Source of the DNA: Cenarchaeum sp.
GTDB lineage: Archaea > Thermoproteota > Nitrososphaeria > Nitrososphaerales > Nitrosopumilaceae
Assembly (NCBI GenBank): GCA_963692915.1
Contig: OY843584.1
Span: 864,001 to 928,000 of the forward strand
Direction: 5' to 3'
Length of the DNA: 64,000 bases
Under the pieces are notes generated by a model. That model did not search any database. It saw only the letters and a list, made by a program, of their open reading frames with translations, and had not been told where the DNA came from. A program made the translations under genes and the position numbers. The number at the start of each line of letters is the position of its first letter. Position 1 is the stretch's first letter. Shown here piece by piece: positions 47,655 to 58,506 of this stretch.

Positions 47655-49122
47655 GGCCGACGGCTGGTGCGGCGCTCTGCGCGAACTGTATGAGCGGGTC
47701 AGGATAGACGCCAAATGCGACCATAAAGCCTATCGAGAATGCCAGGACCGCGATCACCGCGCGAGGCTCGCGCACGCGGGGCTCGCCAGAGTCCTCAAAG
47801 TACATCTTGCGTATTATCCACCCATAGTACGCAAGCGAGAGCGCGCTGTTCAGCACTCCGGCTATGGCAAGCCAGGGAGCCCACGAGACTGTCGCGCCTG
47901 CGTCGATCGCGGCGCCAAAGAGGACGAGCTTGCTCCAAAAGCCGTTTAGCGGCGGCACGCCGGCTAGCGCAAGGAGCGATATGGCGATTCCGAGCGCAGT
48001 TATCGGCATGCGCCTCCCGAGGCCGCGCAGCCTGTCGATCTGCGTGACGGCAAGGACAGTCACGGTGCCGGCTATGGCGATAAAGGCCGCACCCTTCATG
48101 ACTGCGTGGTTTAGCACGTGGAGGAGCGAGCCGGGCAGCGCAGTCGCCGAGTATGGTGCCACGGCCAGGCCGATGAGAATGTATCCGGCATGCCCAATGC
48201 TAGAGTACGCAAGCATCCTCGAGAGGCTCTTTTGCATGATCGCCGCAATGTTGCCCACCGTCATTGTCATGACCGCAATTATGCCAAGCGCAATCGTCCA
48301 GTCAACGCTTAGCGCGGCCATGCCGATGATAACGACGCGGATTGCGGCTGCAAATCCGGCCTTTTTCGTGCCTGCCGCAAGGAGTGCCGTTATCGGCGGG
48401 GGCGAGCCCTCGTACGTGTCCGGGAGCCACATGTGGAACGGGACGAGGCCCATCTTGAAGCCAAATCCGGCCACAAAGAGCGCGCCAGACAGCAGCGCAA
48501 GCGGCATGAGCGAGGCGTCAAGGCCAGCAAGGCCGTTGACGACACCGCCGATGTCAGTCGTGCCCGTGAGGCCGTACGCAAGCGATATCGCATAGACTAT
48601 GAGCGCCGAGGCGAGCGCGCCGAACATAAAGTACTTTATCGCCGCCTCATTGGATGACGGGTCGCGCTTGTTGAATCCGGCAAGGACATAGGTCGGTATG
48701 CTCATGAGCTCCCAGGCGATAAAGAGGACGATGAGGTCATTGGCATAGGCGACCATGACCATGCCGACAGCCGACAGGAGTATGAGCGAGTAATAGACGG
48801 CCGGATAGCGCTTTTCGCGCATGTACGAAAACGAGCTCACCGTCGTGAATATCGCGACTATGAGCATCGCGATGGCGAAGAATCCACCGAGCATGTCATC
48901 TGCAATAACTTCACCCGTGAGGACCTGCGAGGCCGCAACTGTCCCCATTGCGACCTGCGAGGTGACATACGATATTGCCGCAACTAGCGCGCCTAGCGCG
49001 ATCGCCGCATAGAACGTGTTGGAGCCGCCATCGCGGCGAAGGACGTTGATGACCGGAAGCGCGACACCGACTGCGCCAAGAATCGCCGTTATGACAATCG
49101 GGGAGGATAATAGTTCCACCAT
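47644..49122 (-). CDS. nuoN: NADH-quinone oxidoreductase subunit N
   Basis: EAAIKYF, FKMGLVPFHMWLPDTYEG, RMLAYSSIGHAGY. Confidence 0.94.
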   Translation of the reverse strand: MVELLSSPIVITAILGAVGVALPVINVLRRDGGSNTFYAAIALGALVAAISYVTSQVAMGTVAASQVLTGEVIADDMLGGFFAIAMLIVAIFTTVSSFSYMREKRYPAVYYSLILLSAVGMVMVAYANDLIVLFIAWELMSIPTYVLAGFNKRDPSSNEAAIKYFMFGALASALIVYAISLAYGLTGTTDIGGVVNGLAGLDASLMPLALLSGALFVAGFGFKMGLVPFHMWLPDTYEGSPPPITALLAAGTKKAGFAAAIRVVIIGMAALSVDWTIALGIIAVMTMTVGNIAAIMQKSLSRMLAYSSIGHAGYILIGLAVAPYSATALPGSLLHVLNHAVMKGAAFIAIAGTVTVLAVTQIDRLRGLGRRMPITALGIAISLLALAGVPPLNGFWSKLVLFGAAIDAGATVSWAPWLAIAGVLNSALSLAYYGWIIRKMYFEDSGEPRVREPRAVIAVLAFSIGFMVAFGVYPDPLIQFAQSAAPAVGLMP

Positions 49123-49131
49123 GACACCCAC

Positions 49132-51195
49132 CTACACCAGGAGCATCAGGGCCACAAAGAGCAGCCCTGCCCCAAACACGTAAAGATATGACTGTGTGAT
49201 TCCCGTCTGCGAGCCCTGCACGACGCGCGCGGTCCACAGGACCGCCCTCTCGAGGCCGACGTTCATGCCGGCATCGATCGCCGTGCGCTCAAAGTACCTA
49301 AACACGCCGCGCGCAAGCCACAGCGGCGCGACGACAAATGACCAGTATATGGCCGCATTGAGGTACCACCTGTTGAGAAACAGCGCATGAGCCCCGCGAA
49401 AGACTGCGTTGGAGCCGACGAAGCGTGCTGGGTCTATCCATCGCCCGACATAGAACGCATACCCCAGGCCAATGCCAGTCGCAAACGCGGCAAGCGAGGC
49501 GCCAAGCGCTATCGGGTTTAGGCCCGCGAGCGGCCAGGGCAGCGACGAGGCGGCCTCCTCGCCGTGCGAGACGTGTATGCCAAAGGACTCCTCGAGGTAC
49601 CCGCCAAACAGCGCGTGAAGGGACTCTTCAAAGGCGAGGCCCATTATGCCCACGCCGATCGTTATTGCCGCAAGTATCCCATAGGGAACCCACATCGAGA
49701 GCGGGGCCTCGTGGACTCCATGGCCGTCTGACTCTAGTTTCTTGACGTGCTCGCTCTTTGGCCCAAAGAAGACCATGCCGATCATGCGTGTCGTATAGAA
49801 CGCCGTGATGACTGCAGTCAGGACCGCCATGGCAAATATCGGCAGTGCCCACTCGCTGCCTGACTCAAAGACGGCCGCAAATATGGCATCCTTGCTCCAG
49901 AATCCCGTCGTTATGAACGGCGCGCCCATTAGCGCAAGGCCTGCGGCCCACACAAAGACGTATGTCTTGCGCATGTGCCGGCGAAGGCCGCCCATGTCAG
50001 TCATGAACCTCGAGCCGACGACGTGAATGAGCGAGCCGGCGGCCATAAAGAGCGACGCCTTGAACATTGCGTGCGATATGAGGTGGTAGAATCCCGCAGT
50101 GTACCCGTCGACGAACTGTTCAGAGAGGCCCGCGACCCCAAAGGCCATCATCATGTAGCCTATCTGCGAGCCCGTCGAGTATGCGAGAACCTTCTTTATC
50201 TCGGGGTTTACCATGCCCTGCGTCGCAAGAAGGAGTGCGGTGATTGCGCCGACCCATGCTATAACCTCAAAGAACTGGTCGGCGAGGATGCCGGCGGCCC
50301 CGAGCGCAAAGACTATGGGGCCGAGGCGCGCGACGAGAAAGACGCCGGCCTTTACCATCGTGGCGGCATGAATTAGCGCAGACACTGCAGTAGGACCGGT
50401 CATTGCCTCAAGAAGCCACTCGTTTAGCGGAAACTGCGCGGACTTACCGATCGCCCCCCCAAAGAGGAGCACAAATGCGGGGACGAGCAGGCCCTGCGCG
50501 TCCATCGCCGTGGCCCATGCCGTGTCACCGACTAGCTCGCGAAAGCCAAACGTGCCGGCAAATGCGAATATGAGGAACATGCCGGCGAGCATCATTATAT
50601 CGCCGATCTTTGTCATGACAAAGGCCTTCATGCCGGCGTGCGTCGGCGAGTAATAGTCCAGGAGGCCCAAGACCGTGCGCCCCTCGGTGCCCACGTGGTC
50701 CTTTTTCTTGTCACGGTACCAAAAGCCAATGAGCGCGTACGAGGCCAGGCCGACGCCCTCCCACCCAAAGAACATCTGCAGGAGGTTATCAGACAGGACG
50801 ATGAGCTGCATCGAGCCCACAAAGAACATGATCCAGAACCAAAATCGCACAATGTTCGGATCGCCCTTCATGTAGCCCGTGGCGTATATGACGATGAGCA
50901 GCGATATCCACGCAACGACGTTTGCCATGATCACGGCGAGCGGATCCGCAAGAACGCCGGCCTCGAGGCCGATCGCCGATATCCAGCTAGTCTGCGCGTG
51001 AACCTCCGCACCAGAGAGGGCGCCGGGGAGCATCGAGGCCGCAAGGAGCGCGCTTGCGGCAGCACCTGCGATCGCGGCCCAGCCGGGCACGCGCCCGCGC
51101 CACCTGCTCAGGGCCGGCATGATGAGGGCCGCGGCGAATGGCACAATCCAGACGAGCCATGCGACAAGGCCGGCGCCTTCAAACATCTCGGCCAT
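49132..51195 (-). CDS. nuoL: NADH-quinone oxidoreductase subunit L
   Basis: GKSAQFPL, AMTGPTAVSALIHAATMVKAG, KKVLAYST. Confidence 0.95.
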   Translation of the reverse strand: MAEMFEGAGLVAWLVWIVPFAAALIMPALSRWRGRVPGWAAIAGAAASALLAASMLPGALSGAEVHAQTSWISAIGLEAGVLADPLAVIMANVVAWISLLIVIYATGYMKGDPNIVRFWFWIMFFVGSMQLIVLSDNLLQMFFGWEGVGLASYALIGFWYRDKKKDHVGTEGRTVLGLLDYYSPTHAGMKAFVMTKIGDIMMLAGMFLIFAFAGTFGFRELVGDTAWATAMDAQGLLVPAFVLLFGGAIGKSAQFPLNEWLLEAMTGPTAVSALIHAATMVKAGVFLVARLGPIVFALGAAGILADQFFEVIAWVGAITALLLATQGMVNPEIKKVLAYSTGSQIGYMMMAFGVAGLSEQFVDGYTAGFYHLISHAMFKASLFMAAGSLIHVVGSRFMTDMGGLRRHMRKTYVFVWAAGLALMGAPFITTGFWSKDAIFAAVFESGSEWALPIFAMAVLTAVITAFYTTRMIGMVFFGPKSEHVKKLESDGHGVHEAPLSMWVPYGILAAITIGVGIMGLAFEESLHALFGGYLEESFGIHVSHGEEAASSLPWPLAGLNPIALGASLAAFATGIGLGYAFYVGRWIDPARFVGSNAVFRGAHALFLNRWYLNAAIYWSFVVAPLWLARGVFRYFERTAIDAGMNVGLERAVLWTARVVQGSQTGITQSYLYVFGAGLLFVALMLLV

Positions 51196-52791
51196 CTAGT
51201 GCGCCTCCGCCGGCACTGTTGCCGGAACCACATCCACGAGGGCCGTCGCGCTGCCCGGACCGAGGGACTCGACGCCGGCGATGCCAGACATGTATGGGAC
51301 GATCTGCTCGAGGAATATATCAGGATATATCCCAAGGACCACCGTAAAGCCGGCGAGGACCATCATGGGGGCCAGCATGTGCCAGCCGGCCTCCTTTGTC
51401 TTTGCGAGCTTTTCGGGCAGCTTGCCAAAGAACACGCGCTTTAGCATCCAGAGCATGTACGACATTGTGAGCGCAGTGGCCACGAGACCCAGGCCAAATG
51501 TCACATAGCGCAGCGTGCTGCCCTCCTCGACTGCAGTCTCTAGCGCGCCATAAAAGACGAGCCACTCCCCCATAAAGCCGCTAGTCGGCGGCACGCCGGC
51601 GATGGTGAGGGCGCCAATGACGGCGCAGACTGCAGTTATCGGCATGCGGCTTGCCAGGCCCCCGAGGCCCGATATGCTCCGCGTCCCCACCCTTACGATG
51701 ATCACTCCGGCCATCATGAAGAGGATGCCCTTGCCGAGCGCGTGCGTGACGTACATCATCTCGGCGCCCGAGTGGCCCAGGACCGACTGCGAGCCTATGC
51801 CAAAGAGGAGGTATCCCATCTGGCTTATGCTAGAGTATGCGAGGAGGCGCTTTAGGTCATCCTGCATGAGCGCCATGGCGCCGCCGTATATCATCGTCAC
51901 AAGGCCCCAAACGTGAAACCAGACTGACAGCTCGGCAAAGGCTGCCGGCAGGAGCTCCATGATTAGCCTGAATATGCCATACGCGCCGATGCCGATCATG
52001 ACCGGCGAGAGGAGTGCGCTTATCGGCGTTGGTGCCGCACCGTGGACCCAGGGCAGCCATATGTGGAACATGAATGCGGCGAGCTTTACGCCGAGGCCGA
52101 TGGCGATGGCAACGGCGGCTATGATGATGATATCCGGATCAAGGGCCGCTGCTGCGATTCCGGCAAAGTCAAACGTGCCGGCTGACAGGCCGATCGCCAA
52201 AAAGCCAAGGAGGAGGATGACTGCGCCGACGTGCGTCCAAAAGAAGAACATTAGCGCAATCCTGCGGCGTGGCCCGTCGCCCCAGAACGCAATGAGGAAA
52301 AAGCCCGGTATGAGCATGACTTCGAAAAAGACGTAAAACTGTATCAGGTTGGTCGCAAGGACAGTCCCGAGCATGCCCATCGCAAAGACGAGATAGAGCG
52401 CATGGTATGTGCCTGACTTTGCGCTCACATACTCGGTGAGTCCCACCTGCGAGCCCTCGCCGTGGACCTCCCTGTACTGTTCGGCGAACTTGTGCTCCAT
52501 GTAGGGCCGCGAATAGATCGCAAGTATCGCCGATAGCGCGTATATCATTATGGCAAACGGCGAGGCGAGGCCGTCTAGGACAAGGCCAAACTCGCCGAAC
52601 ATCTCTGTCCACGCATAGCGCTCCTCGGTTCCGCCGTCAAGCGATCCGAGCACGACGAGGATGGCACAGTATGCGAGGACGGCAAACGAGAACCACGTCA
52701 CTGTGGCCATCCCGTAGCGCCTCCCGATGAGATATGCGGCAGGCGAGAGGAGGAGCGGGATAAAGACTGCCTGGAGGAGCATGTGGTCCAT
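51196..52791 (-). CDS. nuoM: NADH-quinone oxidoreductase subunit M
   Basis: FYVFFE, HIWLPWVHGAAPTP, KRLLAYSSISQMG, GFMGEW. Confidence 0.94.
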   Translation of the reverse strand: MDHMLLQAVFIPLLLSPAAYLIGRRYGMATVTWFSFAVLAYCAILVVLGSLDGGTEERYAWTEMFGEFGLVLDGLASPFAIMIYALSAILAIYSRPYMEHKFAEQYREVHGEGSQVGLTEYVSAKSGTYHALYLVFAMGMLGTVLATNLIQFYVFFEVMLIPGFFLIAFWGDGPRRRIALMFFFWTHVGAVILLLGFLAIGLSAGTFDFAGIAAAALDPDIIIIAAVAIAIGLGVKLAAFMFHIWLPWVHGAAPTPISALLSPVMIGIGAYGIFRLIMELLPAAFAELSVWFHVWGLVTMIYGGAMALMQDDLKRLLAYSSISQMGYLLFGIGSQSVLGHSGAEMMYVTHALGKGILFMMAGVIIVRVGTRSISGLGGLASRMPITAVCAVIGALTIAGVPPTSGFMGEWLVFYGALETAVEEGSTLRYVTFGLGLVATALTMSYMLWMLKRVFFGKLPEKLAKTKEAGWHMLAPMMVLAGFTVVLGIYPDIFLEQIVPYMSGIAGVESLGPGSATALVDVVPATVPAEAH

Positions 52792-52792
52792 T

Positions 52793-53098
52793 CTATCCCC
52801 TCAGTGCCCCAAACTTTGCGACGTCGATATCGCGGTACATCCTGTATGCCACTATGACTAGCGCGAGGCCGACGGCGACCTCGGCGGCGGCAACTGCTAT
52901 TGAAAATAGCGCAAGTGTCTGCCCCGCGCTGTCTGGCACAAAGCGCGCAAACGCGACGAGGTTGAGGTTGGCCGCGTTTACGACAATCTCGACGGCAAAT
53001 AGCATGCGCAGCGCATTGCGCTTTACGGCCAGGCCGTATATGCCGACGCACAGGAGTGCGACGGAGACGAGCGCAAAGTCAATCAGCTCGTTGGTCAT
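52793..53098 (-). CDS. nuoK: NADH-quinone oxidoreductase subunit K
   Basis: VAAAEVAVGLA. Confidence 0.94.
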   Translation of the reverse strand: MTNELIDFALVSVALLCVGIYGLAVKRNALRMLFAVEIVVNAANLNLVAFARFVPDSAGQTLALFSIAVAAAEVAVGLALVIVAYRMYRDIDVAKFGALRG

Positions 53099-53591
53099 CC
53101 TCTATATCCTCCCTCCTTGCGAGCGTCATTGCCCCCGTCACGGCACCGGCCAGAACCAGGCCCATGAGTATGAGGGCCGGCCAGTACTTTAGCAAAAAGT
53201 CGGCCCCGATCTCCCTAAAGTCGACTGCAGGCTCGTCTGTTGTGATCTCCGAGATGCCAGATGACACGATAACTGCGCCAAGTGAGGTCATCGCCACGAG
53301 CATGAGGCCGATTCCGGCCCAGCGCCTGCGCGTGTCCTCGACCTTTGTGAATATGAGCTCGCGCCGCACAAGCATGACCGTGAACAGTATGAGAACCGCT
53401 ATCGAGCCGACGTAGACTGCTATCTGGAACATTGCCACAAATGGCGAGTCGAGGAGCAAAAAGAGGCCCGCAATGCCCCCGAGTGTCCCCATTAGCGCGA
53501 TCGCGCCGTATATGAGCGAGCGCAGCTCGAGGGCCGCGATCGCAGACGCTATCGTGAGCACGGCGAGCGCAAGGAATGTCGCATCAGCCAT
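53079..53591 (-). CDS. nuoJ: NADH-quinone oxidoreductase subunit J
   Basis: QIAVYVGSIAVLILFTVML. Confidence 0.92.
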   Translation of the reverse strand: MADATFLALAVLTIASAIAALELRSLIYGAIALMGTLGGIAGLFLLLDSPFVAMFQIAVYVGSIAVLILFTVMLVRRELIFTKVEDTRRRWAGIGLMLVAMTSLGAVIVSSGISEITTDEPAVDFREIGADFLLKYWPALILMGLVLAGAVTGAMTLARREDIEDDQRAD

Positions 53592-54081
53592 GTGTCGCAC
53601 CCCTGTCGCTTATGACTATCTCCGAGTCCTGCGCGACGTTTGGCTTTACGGCGAGCTGGCCGGGCGTGTAGATTAGGCCCTCCTTTGTGAACGAGGAGAG
53701 CTCATAGTCGTTTGTCATGTATAGCGCATAGAACGGGCACGCATCCACGCACAGGCCGCAAAAGACGCACTTGCCATAGTCTATCTGCGGCATTATCGAC
53801 TTTTTGTTGTGCTTCCAGTCCTCGGCAACCTTTACCATCGATATCGCCTCGGCAATCCCCTCGCATGCGATCGAGCAGAGCTGGCACCCCGTGCACTTGT
53901 CGTGAAAGAGCATGTGGCGCCCCTTGTATCCGGCAATGCCGGCCCCAGACGCCGGGTCAAACTGGTACCCGTCACCTACGAACTTTAGCTTTTCCTCCGG
54001 GTATCGCAATGTGAACCTCTTTACGGCGAGGTGCTTTGCGCCAGAGTTTAGCGCGCGTATGATGCCGGCTGCCGTGCCCAT
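53584..54081 (-). CDS. nuoI: NADH-quinone oxidoreductase subunit I
   Basis: TLRYPEE; CTGCQLCSIAC and CVFCGLCVDACP. Confidence 0.94.
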   Translation of the reverse strand: MGTAAGIIRALNSGAKHLAVKRFTLRYPEEKLKFVGDGYQFDPASGAGIAGYKGRHMLFHDKCTGCQLCSIACEGIAEAISMVKVAEDWKHNKKSIMPQIDYGKCVFCGLCVDACPFYALYMTNDYELSSFTKEGLIYTPGQLAVKPNVAQDSEIVISDRGATHG

Positions 54082-55379
54082 TAGAATATCCCTCCTGGCC
54101 CGACCACGCCGGCGTAGACTAGGCCGAGTGCGATAAAGATGTTGACAAAGGCCATCGCGATTAGCTTGTACCATCCTATTTTCAGGAGCATGTCAATCCT
54201 TATTCTCGGAAACACGCCGCGAGGCAGCAGGACAAAGAATATCACGCCCATCGTCTTTAGGACAAACCATATCACGGCGCTAAAAAACTCTTGTGAGAAT
54301 AGCGGTAGGCCGGGCAACTGCAGCTTTATCGGGCCTATCGTCTGGCCTGACTGCAGGAGTGACTCCTCAAGCGGCGGCCAGAACGACGGGCCGCTCCAGC
54401 CCCCAAGAAACAGGACCACAAAGAGGCCAGAGAACGCATAGAGCTTTACGTACGAGCCGAGCTGCACCAGGCCGTACATCATGCCAGAGAACTCGGTGAG
54501 CCATCCGGCGACTATCTCGCTTTCTGCCTCGGGGAGGTCAAAGGGGATGCGCTCGAGCTCGGCGAGCATGCACACAAAAAAGACGATCGCCCCTATTGGC
54601 ATGAGGACGATCCACGGTATGACGCTCTGGCTCTGGGCTATCTCCGTCAGGTTTAGCGTGCCAGTCAGGAGGACGACGCCGAGGCATGAGAGTATGAGCG
54701 GTATCTCAAAGGAGACCATCTGGTAGAGCGCGCGTATGCCGCCGATGAACGGGAATTTAGAGTTCGCCGACCACGCCGAGAGGACCGTGATGATGGGAAA
54801 GAACCCGATTATCGCAAATACGGCAAGGAGGCCAACGTCGACGTCTGCGACGACCCAGCCCGGCGCGACGGGTATGAGCGCGACGAATGCGGCTGCTGTC
54901 CCCACAAAGAGGAGCGGGCCCACGATAAAGAGCGGCTTGTCAGCCTTTGCGGGGATGATTATCTCCTTTGATATCAGCTTTAGGCCGTCACCGGCCAGCT
55001 GCAAGAGGCCCTCTATCTTGCCGCAGTAAAATGGGCCGACTCGCAGTTGCATCTTTGCGAGCATCTTGCGCTCGACGAAGATCGTGCCGGCCGCAAGGAG
55101 CGCGGCGAACCCAAAGCCCGGAAACGCCAGTATGCGAAACGCGTCTGATGTGAGAAACGACTTTAGGAGCGGGAGCGCAAGCTCTGGATGCGAGAGCCAT
55201 GTCAGGACAAGAAACGGCGTGACTAGCGAGCCGTCGATCACCGGCAGGTCCACGTAAAATAGCGCGATCATCGCAAGAGGGAGGCCTACTAGCGTGAGTA
55301 TGATTATGATCCAAAACACGTTCTCAAGTATCGACTTTACAAACTCGCTAAACTTGAAGCGCGGGGCGATGACGGACAT
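54081..55379 (-). CDS. nuoH: NADH-quinone oxidoreductase subunit H
   Basis: ERKMLAKMQLRVGP, DGLKLISKE, RIPFDLPEAESE. Confidence 0.95.
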   Translation of the reverse strand: MSVIAPRFKFSEFVKSILENVFWIIIILTLVGLPLAMIALFYVDLPVIDGSLVTPFLVLTWLSHPELALPLLKSFLTSDAFRILAFPGFGFAALLAAGTIFVERKMLAKMQLRVGPFYCGKIEGLLQLAGDGLKLISKEIIIPAKADKPLFIVGPLLFVGTAAAFVALIPVAPGWVVADVDVGLLAVFAIIGFFPIITVLSAWSANSKFPFIGGIRALYQMVSFEIPLILSCLGVVLLTGTLNLTEIAQSQSVIPWIVLMPIGAIVFFVCMLAELERIPFDLPEAESEIVAGWLTEFSGMMYGLVQLGSYVKLYAFSGLFVVLFLGGWSGPSFWPPLEESLLQSGQTIGPIKLQLPGLPLFSQEFFSAVIWFVLKTMGVIFFVLLPRGVFPRIRIDMLLKIGWYKLIAMAFVNIFIALGLVYAGVVGPGGIF

Positions 55380-56542
55380 TAGCGGTCAGCCTCCACAGGC
55401 CAGTAGTTTAGGCTCCAGTACACGGCAGGCATGTTGCCGAGCTTTTCGCCCTTTAGCAGGTACGGCAGCGCGATGAGGTTCCTGAACGAGCCGACGCTCA
55501 TCTTTACGCGGTACGGCTCGGGCTTGCCATCAGAGATGACATAGCACCCGAGTGAGCCGCGGCCGGACTCGACCCTCTTGTAGGAGACCATTTCCGGACC
55601 CTTTGGGTTTGGCTTTAGCTTTACGCGCACAGAGCCGGACTTTGGCATCTTTGCGAGCGCATCGCGTATGATGCGGCAGCTCTCCAGCATGTCAAGCCAC
55701 GGCACGCGCGAGCGCGCGTACGCGTCGCCTGCGCTCATCGTGTTCGTCTCAAAGTCAAGCGAGTCATAGCAGTCGTATGGCTCCTTTTTGCGAATGTCAT
55801 AGTCGACCCCGCTAGCGCGCAGGACAGAGCCCGTCGTTCCAAGGGCAATGGCATCAGAGCGCGAGAGCTTGCCCGCATCGCGTGTCCTAGAGATGAGTAT
55901 GGGGTTGTCATAGAATATTGCGGCGTACTCGCGTATGCGCTTTTCAAAATAGTCGACCTGCCGCAGGCAGACGTCCTCAAAGTTTGCAGGCACGTCGTTG
56001 CGAACGCCGCCGGGCACAAAGTACGCGTGCGTCACGCGCGCGCCGGTCATCTTTTCGAGTAGGTCGATGAGGAGCTCGCGATCCCCCGTGGGCCACATGA
56101 ACATCGTAGAGTGCCCAAGGAATATCCCGTATATCGCAAGCCAGTACAGCGTGTAGACGCACCGGTTCAGCTCGGCGGCAATGACGCGCACGTGCTGCGC
56201 GCGCTCAGAGACCTCCACGCCGAGTATCTCCTCGGTGGCCAGGCAGTACGGGTAGAGTATGTTGCACGAGTCGTGTATCACGGGCCTCTCGAGGTGCGGT
56301 ATGTTTTGCACATAGTTTCTGTACTCGGCCATCTTTTCCTCGCCCCTGTGCACGTAGCCGGGATCGGGGTCGCACGCGACGATCTTGTCGCCGTCGATCT
56401 GCACGATTATCCTCATGTGGCCCGAGCCGGGGTGCTGCGGGCCGACGTTGAGCGTCATGATTCGCTCATCGACCTTTTGGAGCGCAAGGCCCGGCGGAAG
56501 CTGCGCCATTGCCGGAACCGTGAGCCTCTCCTCCATGGTCAT
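55379..56542 (-). CDS. nuoD: NADH-quinone oxidoreductase subunit D
   Basis: NVGPQHP, GYVHRGEEK, C-terminal EADR. Confidence 0.95.
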   Translation of the reverse strand: MTMEERLTVPAMAQLPPGLALQKVDERIMTLNVGPQHPGSGHMRIIVQIDGDKIVACDPDPGYVHRGEEKMAEYRNYVQNIPHLERPVIHDSCNILYPYCLATEEILGVEVSERAQHVRVIAAELNRCVYTLYWLAIYGIFLGHSTMFMWPTGDRELLIDLLEKMTGARVTHAYFVPGGVRNDVPANFEDVCLRQVDYFEKRIREYAAIFYDNPILISRTRDAGKLSRSDAIALGTTGSVLRASGVDYDIRKKEPYDCYDSLDFETNTMSAGDAYARSRVPWLDMLESCRIIRDALAKMPKSGSVRVKLKPNPKGPEMVSYKRVESGRGSLGCYVISDGKPEPYRVKMSVGSFRNLIALPYLLKGEKLGNMPAVYWSLNYWPVEADR

Positions 56543-57114
56543 CTCCCCTTTATCGCAAAGTCCTTGCGCATTGGTGGCATGTCTGCCCAGTCCTCCGGAA
56601 GGAGGAGGCGGCGGTTGTCAGGATGGCCCTCAAAGTAGACGCCTAGCATCTCAAAGGCCTCGCGCTCGTGGAACTCTACGCTATAGAACACGCCTCGCAG
56701 GCTCGGAAGGCGCGTAGAGTCCTCGCCGGGCGACGGGACCTCCTCGCGCGGGGCGCGCGTCGATATCGCCATGACGTATCCGGCAAGGTCAGGGCGCGTG
56801 TACGAGCCAAGATGGTACACGACCTCTATCTGCCCGTCAGATGGCCTGTCCACTCCGGTGACTGACTCGGCGTGGTCAAACCCAAGCTCGTCGCGCGCAA
56901 AGCGTGCCAGCTCCACAATGTCACTGCCAGACACGTCAAGCTGCATCCGGCCTGGCCTCGCAAATGCGACGCTTGCGCGATCGCCGAACGTCGACTCGAT
57001 CCTTGAGCGAAGCGTCATGTCAAGCTCTGGCAGCGCGACGTCATCAGACTTTGCGACATCCTTTGCGCCATCTCCAGTGTCGCCGGACGCGGCCGGCACG
57101 TCCTTGTCTGCCAT
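56539..57114 (-). CDS. nuoC: NADH-quinone oxidoreductase subunit C
   Basis: EREAFEMLGVYFEGHPD, PPMRKDF. Confidence 0.93.
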   Translation of the reverse strand: MADKDVPAASGDTGDGAKDVAKSDDVALPELDMTLRSRIESTFGDRASVAFARPGRMQLDVSGSDIVELARFARDELGFDHAESVTGVDRPSDGQIEVVYHLGSYTRPDLAGYVMAISTRAPREEVPSPGEDSTRLPSLRGVFYSVEFHEREAFEMLGVYFEGHPDNRRLLLPEDWADMPPMRKDFAIKGR

Positions 57115-57635
57115 CACACGTGCGTCCTGGCCTTCATCCTCTTGATCTTTTCCTGCAATAGCATGCATCCCTGTATGAGCGTCTCTGGCCGCGGAGGGCA
57201 TCCCGGAACGTACACGTCGACCGGAAGGACGCCGTCGATGCCGGGCAGGACATTGTACGAGTCAAAGTAAAGGCCGCCCGTTATGGCGCACGCGCCCATC
57301 GCAATGACGTACTTTGGCTCGGGCATCTGGTCATAGACTAGGCGCAGGCGCGGGGCCATCTTGCGCGTTATCGTCCCCTGGACCACGACGAGGTCGCACT
57401 GGCGAAGCGAGCCAAATGCCTCAATGATCCCAAACCGCTCAACGTCATAGCGCGGGCCTGACGCTGCGCCAAACTCGACGCTACAGCACGCAGTCTCGAT
57501 ATGGACCGGCCAGAGTGACCATATGCGGCCCCAGTTTATCGCATAGCCGAGCGGCTTGTCGACTGCCTTTTCGAGCATGTCGCCGAGCTTGCCGACAAAG
57601 ACGTTTGCCGTGTGAGGCGTGAGGAGCTCCTTCAT
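57114..57635 (-). CDS. nuoB: NADH-quinone oxidoreductase subunit B
   Basis: TACCSVE, AMGACAITGG, YVPGCPPRPE. Confidence 0.95.
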   Translation of the reverse strand: MKELLTPHTANVFVGKLGDMLEKAVDKPLGYAINWGRIWSLWPVHIETACCSVEFGAASGPRYDVERFGIIEAFGSLRQCDLVVVQGTITRKMAPRLRLVYDQMPEPKYVIAMGACAITGGLYFDSYNVLPGIDGVLPVDVYVPGCPPRPETLIQGCMLLQEKIKRMKARTHV

Positions 57636-57657
57636 CAATGCCACATCGCCTCCGAGA

Positions 57658-58032
57658 TCACCAGATGTTGCGCCTCCCTGACTGGCGTAGCGCAAAGGCC
57701 ATGGCGGCAAACATGATTCCGAGGAACACGATTATCGGGATCGTCGCCTCGCGCGGGAGCTCGAGGAGCGCGCTGCCCCACGCGTAGAGGAATATGGCCA
57801 CGACGTCAAAGACGACGAACATGAGGATATACGCGTAATACTGCATCATGAAATGCGTGCGCCCCTCGCCCTTTGGGACCTGGCCGCACTCCATGGGCAG
57901 GAACTTTACTGGCGTCGAGTGGCGCCTAGGCGAGATCATGCGTGATATGAGGAGTGCGGGGGCAGTCGCGGCAACTGCAAAGCCGAACATTAGCAGTATC
58001 GGGCTATATGTGGAAGCGGCCTCGCCGACCAA
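57658..58032 (-). CDS. nuoA: NADH-quinone oxidoreductase subunit A
   Basis: MECG, FVVFDVV; TTTTTATA ~25 nt upstream. Confidence 0.94.
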   Translation of the reverse strand: MVGEAASTYSPILLMFGFAVAATAPALLISRMISPRRHSTPVKFLPMECGQVPKGEGRTHFMMQYYAYILMFVVFDVVAIFLYAWGSALLELPREATIPIIVFLGIMFAAMAFALRQSGRRNIW

Positions 58033-58506
58033 CGTGGCAGCGTGCTTTGAATATTGGTATAAAAAGCTACTCGGATTTCACGGCTGGCGTGGCGGTGTGG
58101 GCACCGACAGGGCAATGTAGCGCCCACTGCAGCCCCTGTCTGCTGCGATCATGTTTTTGCGCGTGAGCCACGACTCATTTGCACGTCCTGAACCCTAGCA
58201 GGCGATCATGCCCCTGTTCTGGCAGCCCGGCCATCGGGGCTGTTCCCGTAGGCGCATAGCCGTCTGGCTCGATCATGGGCACAAGCCACACCGGAATCAA
58301 CTCATCTCGGGGCATCCGGATTGCCGGATCAGGCGGTCGGATGAAAAGATTGATGGGCGGTCCCGGTAGAGTTCGTTGCCAGGATCGGCGCAGCGGTTCG
58401 TGCGTACACCCTCGGATTTTTCTCTGGCTGGCCGCGAGGGCTATGCGCAATCATGTGCCAGGTTTGAGAAAAAGCACATATAGGCACAATATCCACTCTT
58501 CCACGG

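Noticed and set aside
47644-58032. Complex I lacking nuoEFG, with nuoM before nuoL
   Set aside because: Standard arrangement in ammonia-oxidising archaea.
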